From Octopus vulgaris (Eukaryota), in assembly GCA_951406725.2 (NCBI GenBank), contig OX597815.1:155620001-155684000 (forward strand): a stretch of 64,000 bases of DNA, written 5' to 3'. Positions 54,134 to 64,000 of the stretch are shown one piece after another. Both the position numbers and the translations under genes were made by a program. The number at the start of each line of letters is the position of its first letter. The first letter of the stretch is position 1. The notes beneath the pieces were generated by a model. It was not told the origin of the DNA. It saw nothing but the letters and a program-made list of their open reading frames with translations, and searched no databases.

Positions 54134-54182
54134 ATAGCTACCGAATAATTGTCACATATTACATTTACAGATATATATATAT

Positions 54183-54650
54183 AGGATGCAATGGGTAAAC
54201 TGTCACCATTTCTTATTTTTAATTTTGCGCATATGCATTGTTTGTTTTTGATTTTGTTGACTACACACTATAGTAGGGTCAGTTGGGCACCATCTGTGGG
54301 AAAAATAGAACCATAACGCAATTCAATCTGCCAGAAATTTCGAAACAACATGCTGTACTGCTTAGCATTCTTGCCAGAAGCTCCACTATGAACATTTCAG
54401 AGTGTTTGAGTGTCAAACTGAGGACGTGTACTGAGTGATAAAAATCAAACATCTAGTCAACATCATGGTGTTTGGAGTGATCACTAGCCATGGTGATTCT
54501 ATGCCTCCATTCATCTCCCCACACAGCCTCAGACTCAACCTGGAGGCCTACATCAAGTGCCTGGAGTAGGTATTGCTGCCCTGGGTCAGGAGGGTGGCTG
54601 CTAGAAGACCCTGTGTCTGTCAACAGGACTTTGCACCATTTCACATGTGT
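54183..54650 (+). mobile_element. Tc1/mariner-superfamily relic, deleted
   Basis: Fragments IKHLVNIMVFGVITSHGDSMPPFI and LPWVRRVAARRPCVCQQDFAP (decayed WQQDxAP motif). Confidence 0.75.
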
Positions 54651-55625
54651 GTCTTTGTTAACAACATTAATGTTGTTGATTGGTCTTTGTCCTCTGTTAG
54701 GCTTGTTCACCATGATTGCAATATTCTGCAAAACCTACTCTGCATTGAGCAACAATAGTAGATACAGACAGAATGTATCCTTAAATTTCTTCTTTAGCAT
54801 TGTGCTCTGGCCATGAGATGTTTTGAGCCCACATGAAAAGCTTAGTATGTGCACTATTAAGATGATCTTGAAAACTTTTCTTCATAGTCAATGTTTCACC
54901 TCCATGGAGATGAATGCTCTTTACACATGCCCTGAAGAAGGCCATGATGCAGAGGGGCTGACACGGGGCTGCCAGTGAGGGAAGAGCACTGGTGGACCTG
55001 GTCAGCTCCACACATGATGACATCTCTGGGACCACTAATCTGGGATGACCCCAGCCTCATCATGCAAGAGCATGAAGCAAACCAAGTGAAGTAAAGGTCA
55101 GACTTGTTGACTTTTAAATACTTGATTACCTTGAAAATCTTTATTGCAAGCATTTCAGGCTTGTCCCTTTGATCCAAGGTACCTGAAGTTGCTGACTATT
55201 TTGAGTTACATGCCAAGAGATTGAATAAAACTGAAATGTGTCTGAAATTGTCACCACATTTACCATAATATAAATTACTCACTACATATTTTTTTCTAAA
55301 TTTTTTATCAATTTAAATTACAGAGTTCTTTACCTTGCTTTCCTTGACAAGAAATAACATTAACAAAAAAGTTAATGACTTTTCTTAGAGGGTAATTTTT
55401 TTCAATTGATTAAAATCATTTTTGTCTAACTACACTAAACATGTTACTTTAGACTTAACTACAACTGTGTTGCAGGGTATTTCTCTAAAATTTTAAAATA
55501 AAACAACTGCGATCCCACATCTAAAACAACACTGCAGCCCATCTAGTTTTTTCTGTTCCTCTCTCTCTCTTTCTCGATCTTTAATTTATGACAATTAGAA
55601 TAAAAATGTCAGTAGATTTACAGAC

Positions 55626-55840
55626 CTGAATCAGCTGATAAATTCTTTCATTATCCACACTTTCTTCTTGATAGTCCTCCAGGAAATGTTGAAACTGCTG
55701 CATTCCCATGAACCTGTTCTGAGTTGTATCAACTCCTGCACAATTATGCACAATACTAGCTGCTGCAATTGCATCACAAATTTTCCGCCGCTGTTGTTGT
55801 TCTAAGCCAAGATCAAATGTATTCACCCTCGTTACAAGAC
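55626..55840 (-). CDS. PLCE1: Phospholipase C epsilon exon, EF-hand region (GLVTRVNTFDL...RRKICDAIAAASIVHNCAGVD...YQLIQ)
   Basis: Acceptor ctttgtacttttcttgacag, donor CAG|gtctgt. 215 nt, phase 1 to 0. The DAIAAASIV motif is characteristic of PLC-epsilon. Confidence 0.9.
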
Positions 55841-56184
55841 CTGTCAAGAAAAGTACAAAGTAGCTCTGGTTATTCATAGGTAATATTTAAAAAGTGGTGG
55901 TAATTGGTGATTTTTGGTTTAGAATTTTTGCAGAAATCAATAATTATCCATCAAAGGAAATCAGAATATTCTTTTATTCTTTTATTAGTTTGCCATTGGA
56001 CTGTGGACATGCTAGAACACTGTCTTTAAGGGTTTTAGTCAATCATATCCACACCAAAACTTACTTCAGTCTGGTACATAGTTTATTGATCTCTGTTTTT
56101 TCAACGTCTAAGTTACTTTTTTTTTTACATTAAAAGGAAGCAACTTGACATATTAGTTGCACATTGGTATACACAATTAATGGA

Positions 56185-56525
56185 AATTGTAGTTGTGATA
56201 CCTGTGTCAGTGGCACGTAAAAAGTACCATCCGAACGTGGATGATGCCAGTGCCGCCTTGACTGACTTCTGTGCCTGTGGCACGTAAAAAGCACCAACCG
56301 ATCGTGGTCACTGCCAGCCTCCCCTGGCACCTGTGCCAGTGGCATGTAAAAAGCACCCACTACACTCACGGAGTGGTTGGTGTTAGGTAGGGCATCCAGC
56401 TGTAGAAACACTGACAAACCAAACTGGAGCCTGATGCAGCCTCCTGGCTTCCCAGACCCCAGTCGAACTGTCCAACACGTGCTAGCACGGAAAACGGACG
56501 TTGAACGATGATGATGATGATGATG
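56185..56525 (+). mobile_element. RTE LINE 3'-UTR fragment
   Basis: Same family as 51300-51885, three units. Confidence 0.8.
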
Positions 56526-56950
56526 ACACTTTCACACACACACACATGCACACACACACTTACACGCACATGCTGCACACACACAAACACACTCACATGT
56601 TCATGCAAATTGATATTCGAAAAATGTGGACTCTCTGATATAAGACTTAACTCTTTTACTTCTGGATTTTAAAAATCCCTAAAGTGAGATTTTGTCTTGT
56701 TATTGCAAAGACAATCTGAGTTACTCAAAGATTTTCCACTCATTTATTACACATGTGAGACTTCATATATATATATTAATCCTTTTTTAAAGTAAATGTA
56801 GGCTTAAGCGAGTTACATAGGTCAATATATAAAGTATATTAAATACATGAAATACAACAAATGTATATATGTTTACATAGAAAGAGGTCCGCCTTACACA
56901 AAATACAAATGATATAGAAGATTAAAGGGGTTGAAGAAATGTATTACAAA

Positions 56951-57040
56951 TCCAACAGCTGTTTCTGGGGCTCGGTGGCCCAAAATAATGTTTGTAGATA
57001 GATTCCATTGTTTGATGAGATGAGCCTCCCTCTACCGGAA
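56951..57040 (-). ncRNA. Degenerate hammerhead motif with long stem II
   Basis: Minus strand ttc-CGGTAGA-gggaggctc...gagcccca-GAAAC-agct-GTT-gga. 5' core broken. Confidence 0.4.
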
Positions 57041-57801
57041 AAATATCTTACATTTGAGGTGTTAAAGGAAAGAAGTTCAAAGTTTAATAATTTTTATACT
57101 CATTTTTATACTGGTTTGGCCTACACAAGGCCAAGTTATATGTGTGTTAGCACATTTCAGGAGTGTGTAGCTTTCTGAGTATATGAGTAGAGGTATGGGT
57201 CTATATGTGAATATTTATGTTTGTGCTTTTCATGTCATCTCAATCGTCATGTTTAGTGTGTGGGATTGGGTGAGTCTCCAGCGTGTTTGCCACCAAAATC
57301 ACCATCTGTATATCATACTAAATTTATACATACTGTTAAAAGGCACGATGCTGTGGAATTGTCTGAGAGAGAATATCTTCATAGATAGCTGTAGCCCTCC
57401 TATCCTCGATGTGCTTCAACCAACCATAATCCTTCTGTTGCATTGTATGGATCTTCATCCAACTGCCTCCATATTAATCACATGCTTGTGCTAAAACAGT
57501 GTTCTCTCTCACACACTACTCAGGATTCTTCTTACTTCCAATTTTTCTCTTGGCTTTTAGTGGTTCATTGTTCATGCACACAAAATTACATATCTGATAG
57601 GGTATGCTCACCGCTTGTATTATTTTTCCAAATTTTTGTAGGTCCTCCTTCATTCAACTCTCACATCTTATAACATGCAGCATTACCCTTTGCACACAAG
57701 CTTTATACCATATGCCGTGTGTGTGCATGTGTGTGTGTGTGTGTGTGTGCATGTGTGTGTGTGTGTGCATATGTGTGTGTGTACATGTGTGTGTGCTTTG
57801 T

Positions 57802-57833
<32 letters not shown>

Positions 57834-59634
57834 CAGAGTTCTTCATAGTTTACTTCTACCAAATATACTCAGAAAGCAATCCAAAACTACAGTGAAAGAC
57901 ACTGAATGTACCATACAATCGGGTCAAATCTGAAACCTCGTGGTTGTGAAACAAACCTTTTTATACAGTTTTCTCTGCACCTAAACCTAAATGAATAGGA
58001 AAAAACACTCACATGCAAGAACATTTTCTTACTGCATCACTATTTCTGCATTCAGTAATTGTCTTTGCAATTTTATGAATAATAAATATTTTTAGAACGG
58101 AGGTTAGTTATACAGTTTTCTGAAGGCTAGTCTCAAGAAGACCCATACTCTACAGCAGAGGTTTTTGGGGTCACTCACCCAGATAAAAAGGATTGGTTTG
58201 CAAGAATCCTGTGCGGGTGTCATATAAAAAGCACTAATGCTCGTGCTACATAAAAGTGTTCATGTGGTGGCACATAAAAGCTCCCAGTACACTCTGTAAA
58301 GTGATTGACATTAGGAAGGGCATCAAGCTATAGAAACCATGCCAAATTAGACTGGAACCTGGGGCAGCTCCCCAGCTTGCCAGCTCCGGTCAAACCACCC
58401 AAACCCATACCAGCATGGACAACAGATGTTATATAATGACGATGGTTTAATACTGTTGGAAATTTACACACGACAACCATACCATTTTGAGTTTTGGTAA
58501 ATTAAAGATAAATAACAGCAGACTACATCAAATCTGAGAAGCAATGCTAATGCTATTCGGTGTGCCAAATTAAAAACTTATATCCATTTCTCCTATCATC
58601 AGCTTTTTGCAGCTATTAATAAAACAATTTTTTTGAAATATTTTTGAAATATTTTCTCATTACTGATATTCTCTTTGGACATTTACCATTTTAACTGATA
58701 ACATGTAATAAAAGCTATTAAATCTATATTTTCTGAACTTAAATACCACACATAGTATCATCTGCAAAAAGTTTATGTGTATATTTATTTCACAGGCATT
58801 TTAGACATATATCATAAATTTACATTACAGTTTTTAATAATGGCTTCAAGAGGTCACATCAATAAGCAAGATATATTTTGCTATATAATGTACTGAGTAC
58901 TGAATTTGTTGCTGAAAATTATAACCAAAATATAAAGAGTTTATCATACCTACTTCAGAATAAAATTAGGAGATTGTGGTAAAAGTTTGGCTTCTAGGAT
59001 TGACATACATATGGAAATGGAGCCATGGTAGAAAACATGGCCCTAGAAATTATACTGATCAATAGTTCTGTTCATGCATTATTCTTTTATTTCTTTCAGT
59101 CATCTGACTATGGCCATGCTGGAGCACCGCCTTTAGTCGAGCAAATCGACCCCAGGACTTATTCTTTGGAAGCCAAGTACTTATTCTACCAGTCTCTCTT
59201 GCCGAACCGCTAAGTGGTGGGACGTAAACACACCACCATCAGTTGTCAAGCGATGTTGGGGGGACAAACACAGACACACAAACATACACACACACACACA
59301 CACACACACATACGACAGGCTTCTTTCAGTTTTCATCTACCAAATCCACTCACAAGGCTTTGGTCGGCCTGAGACTATAGTAGAAGACACTTGCCCAAGG
59401 TGCCACACAGTGGGACTGAACCCAGAACCATGTGGTTGGTAAGCAAGCTACTTAACACACAGCCAAATACCTGGAACAAAGAAATTTTTCACTACCCAAA
59501 TCTTCATCAGCTATCAAACGCATACCCCATAGCTACCTCAGTTACCTGACAGTTCCAATCAGTAAATCAGTATAATACACATTCTCATTCAAATTCAGAT
59601 AATAACATTATTTAAGTAACCAGAAGAAGATTAC

Positions 59635-59732
59635 CAAAGCATAAGCCTTTAATATAAACTGAACTAAACGAATTAGTTTGGGATGTGAATCTGTTCTTAG
59701 AATCTGTAGATGTTTTGGGGTGTATACGAGTA
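59635..59732 (-). CDS. Candidate upstream PLC epsilon exon (TRIHPKTSTDSKNRFTSQTNSFSSVYIKGLCF-G)
   Basis: Strong acceptor ttgttttttctgcag, donor TTG|gtaatc. 98 nt, open in phase 2 to 1, which joins the phase-1 start of exon 55626-55840. The peptide is not conserved enough to recognise. Confidence 0.55.
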
Positions 59733-62700
59733 CTGCAGAAAAAACAATTTATTATTGTTTGCGTGGTTAGAAGTGCAAAAAATATTTTGTGCAATCTTTT
59801 TTTCTTTTTTTACAGTGGAATATGATCTAGATTTGTATGAGGACAGTTCAGGATTGATGTGCTATCTAAGAATCGAATAGCAAACTAATGTCTGGAGGTT
59901 ATTTATTGATTCTTTGAAGACTTAAATGATTGCTATTTCACAATGGTAATGTATATGGATCAATATTGGTATCTCATTCTGTTCATTTAAAAGAGACGTA
60001 CAAAAATCAAAATTGCTTCTAACACAAAAACATCAAATATTATAAATGTAGATGGATATTGAATAGAAAAGGGTCTCAGAGTACTGTGGGTGTTACTTGA
60101 CCAGTAATCAGGGTACACTAAACTGCTGTATTTCATATGTGAATTGAACAGTTGAGTTGCAACCAGTATTGGCAGAAAGAAAATTGGGTTCTTAGAATTT
60201 TATCTTATATAAATTGTTCTTTGATCATTTTATATGACCAGCTAGTTGTACTATATAAAACTTTATACTCTCCTAACATATCAAACTAGGCATGATGAAG
60301 CAATGTGACAAAAAATTGAATACAGATTGCAACTTCTTCAATTGGTAGTTATGTATAGTTAGCATCAGAGTCTCTAAGGTTGGGTATGTGTATTCTTTCT
60401 AAAATTAGAACAAATTTTGTTTCTTTCCAATCATTCCCCCTTTCTTTCCCACTTAGAAAAAATATTTCATGAAAGTTGTTCCATAGGTACAGAACCAGTT
60501 ATTCTGTATTTTCAATACGAGGAGGACATTAAATGATGATGATTATTTATAGCCTTAAATCCATTTCATAAAATTATGAGGTAGATATCATAATATTCCT
60601 GGACTAGTTTTGTAGTGCACCAACAGATGGCAGCACACATTTGTAGTTTCTCAACCTGATAGAAATAGCAACCAAATCTCTCTCAAATTACACCTTAAAT
60701 TCTTAAAAACGGGAAGAACACATTAAGTAATGTAGTCCTAGACATCCTCACAAAATGACAGGATAGTCATAGTAAGAATGCTCTTGATCAAAAGGTTGAC
60801 ATGAAACTAGACAGTAACTACAATTAGGTTTATAAGATGGTTGACTGATAAAGGTTCCTTGGCAATTAATCTCTAAGAGAGACAAAAGAAAAATACATAG
60901 TGGAGGAGGGGACATGGTACATGACTAATATGTATCTTATTTGACCCAAACCGAATGGCAGGCCTACCACAAGGTCCAGTCCTTGTTGCTGTGTGGTTAC
61001 CTGTGTGTCTCGATGACCCTTGTGAGTTATGCCAGTGTAGTGTAATCTCTTAGTTGGGACTCCTATGCTGGGAAGGTCTAAGGATTGAAACCAGACTTAT
61101 ATGGACCATCTCATCCTGGAGGAAAAAATCTGTTTCCATAGGACCAACACTTGTATCTAGAAAATGCAAAGTTACTGAAGTCTTGATGACAATTCAAAAC
61201 CAACAAGACCTGGAAGAGGAGCGTCTTCCCTCAAGGAAACATATGACATCATCATCATCTAATGTCTGTTTTCCATGCTGGCATTGGTTGGATGGTTTGA
61301 CTGAAGACTGGTAAGCTGGGGAGCTGCACCAGATTTCACTTTGATTTGACATGGTTTCTTCAACTGGTTGCCCTTCCTAATGCCAACCACACCAAGAGTG
61401 TAGTGGATGCTTTTTACATGTCACTGGCATGATGCAGCAAAATCTGAAAGGAGACCAACACCCTGCATTACACATTTGGCTCTGATCTGGAACCCACAAG
61501 GGAGGCTGAAGAAAGGTCACCAAAAACTAGCTGAAGATGGGATACTGAGGTAGGGCTGAAAAAGCAGGGATCCGATTGGAGAGAAACAGAAAAGACAACT
61601 GAGAGTTGAGAACGGGAGAAAAGTCATCAATAGCATAAGTGCCATGGGGAGTGAAGGGCTTAAGTAAGTAAAGTAAGGGATCAGTAGGCAGTCAGTCCTC
61701 AATAGGATTTATACTCAAGATGATAAAAGTGAACTGTTGAATCCTAACCCAGACACAAGGGTTTAACCCTTTGGTATTCAAACAAGCCACATCTGGCCAA
61801 AATATTCAACATAATCTATGTTCAAACTAGCCAGATCCAGCCTCTCACACCTACCTTAAAATAAGCAATTACATTATGAAAATCTCAAAGCTGTAAGATA
61901 CATGATTAATTTAAAACAATATGACTAAATAGGCATAACATGTGACAGAATAATCTGAATGCTAAAAGGTTGAATATGATGATTTGAAGTTTGTGGGTGG
62001 GTAGTAAGTGGGTAGAATATAGCTGGTTAAATTGGTTCCAGTGCTTGAGTGATACTGGAAGGATAAATGGGTAAGTCAACCTTGGTGAGATTTGAACTCA
62101 GTATATAAAGGCACACAACCGAATATCACAAAATATTTTGTTTGCCATTGTAACAATTCTGCTTATCTGTTCTCTTCGGTTGTGTGCACCAGGTGCTGAA
62201 GAATCACAGCAGGCAGCAAGATTAAGAGTCACTGCAGGGGACATGATGAAGGACTGGTGAGATTTTGTAAGACTTGACCAACCCATCCCAGCATGGAGAA
62301 TTAGTGCTTTATGATGATGTAAATCATTTGGTCCAGTAATTTACTATTTTTGCCATTCTATTATGTTTATATTATAAACAAGAAAAGATATTTTCAACAC
62401 AAATTAATTATCTGGTTTTCTGTTTACTCTTTACTTGTTTACTCTTTTACTTGTTTCAGTCATGTGACTGTGGCTATGCTAGGGCACCGCTTTTAGTCTT
62501 ATTCTTTGTAAGCCAAGTACTTATTCTATCGGTCTCTTTTGCCGAACCACTAACTTATGGGGACGTAGACACACCAGCATGGGTTGTCAAGTGATATTCG
62601 GGGGACAAACACAGACATACAAACACAGACACGCATATATCATATATATATATATACATATATATATGACAGGCTTCTTTCAGTTTCCATTAACCAAATC

Positions 62701-64000
62701 CACTCACAAGGCTTTGGTCGGCCTGAAGCTATAGTAGAAGACACTTGCCCGAAGTGCCATGCAGTAGGACTGAACCCGGAACCATGTGGTTCATAAGCAA
62801 GCTACTTACCACACAGCCACTCATATGCCTGTTTATGTAATATTTAAAGCAAAAAATGTCTTGGCCTGAAGGTATTGTGCCTATAGTCTTTGTAGGTGTT
62901 TTTGAGACTGGTGAAAGTGAATTAACAGCTGTAGGGAAAACAAGGGCAAGAAGATAATCTAGCAGGTTAACACTCCAAAGTAAAAAAAACATGGGGAAAG
63001 GTGGTCAAAGTAAGCATAAGAAGATGTGATGCAGTATAAGGGATAAGAAGTAGAGAAATTAGTTAATTAAGAAAACCTGAATAATGTTAGTTACTCTGTG
63101 ACACTAATTAGTCCTGTTTGGTTATACTAAGGATGAATAATTCATAGCATTGGTTTCATGCAGTGACCTGATATAGACCTAAATCAATTACTGATCATTT
63201 ACCCATATGGTATACTTAGTTCAGTGACAGAAAGTCAATTTTGATCACATAGTTTGTCTTAACTAGTGATATAAAAATTTAATCTGTGCTTTACCAACTT
63301 AGAATACAAAATATCTCTTCTGCTTTGTTAAAGCCAATAACTGATAAGACAGCAATCAATTTATCACAGGAGTAAAGGCATTGAGAGTATCCCAGTTATA
63401 AAAAGAGGAAAGAAAAAAACCTACTTAACTAAATAAGAATAGAGGGGAACATAGCAACGTATGCATGATATTTCAGCAGCAACAAAAATTCAAAATGTAT
63501 TTCTCTTATTTCTTAAAAGGCATAAACATTACAGCTACTGCTGAATATCACTATTTAATAGATTAACATTGGCAGCAGGGGTCTCTAGACTGTTATTTAG
63601 TTTTGTTTCTATACTTTGGGTTATAAATCCCTCTGGTCTTTCATCTGTTTGTGAAATCATAAAATAATTAATAGCAATGTTTTGTCATTATTCAACCAAC
63701 CTTGTCATTCAGTTTACAATCAGCAATGTTCCGTTTTCTCTATGAAAATTACATTTCTTCCCATGACATCATTATTTAATAGATTAAAAACGAACAATTT
63801 TAGAGGGTAGAACACAGGTATACTGGACCTCAGTTAAGGTCACTATTTACCTGCTTCTGTGTGACCAAGCCAGAGCAAAGTTGATCGATAGCTCTGTTCA
63901 TTTATTATTCTTTTATTCCTTTATTCTTTTATTGGTTTCAGTCATCTGGCTGTGGCCATGGTGGAGCACTGCCTTTAGTCGATCAAATCGACCCTAGGAC

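Noticed and set aside
59478-59515. Minus-strand CTGATGA...GAAA-aat-TTC hammerhead-like string
   Set aside because: Stems I and II do not pair convincingly; probably chance.
62850-62930. Minus-strand acceptor cttgttttccctacag followed by AVNSLSPVSKTPTKTIGTIPSG
   Set aside because: No acceptable donor; 59635-59732 fits the downstream phase better.
620-62992. Many ORF-track entries rich in CV, HT, YI or poly-I
   Set aside because: Translations of (TG)n, (CA)n, (TA)n and (AAT)n microsatellites or SINEs, not genes.

Overview
AT-rich, microsatellite- and repeat-dense animal genomic DNA. The SINE, RTE, mariner and Penelope families look like those of octopod cephalopods (Octopus-like; an inference from repeat content). 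Most of the window is intronic sequence of one minus-strand gene, a phospholipase C epsilon (PLCE1-like). I read seven in-frame exons from the EF-hand region through the complete X catalytic box into the acidic X-Y linker, plus several weaker candidate exons; most are missed by the ORF track and one appears to use a GC donor. No Y-box exon was found, so the gene probably runs past both window ends. The introns hold tRNA-derived SINEs, 3' ends of RTE, CR1, R4/Dong and Tx1 LINEs, Tc1/mariner relics, piggyBac-type MITEs and a Penelope GIY-YIG relic. The most unusual signal is a set of unrelated short fold-back elements whose arms carry minimal type I hammerhead ribozyme motifs of the Penelope kind (CUGAnGA...GAAA, palindromic stem III). 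The intact cores all lie on the strand opposite the host gene. All coordinates were read by eye.
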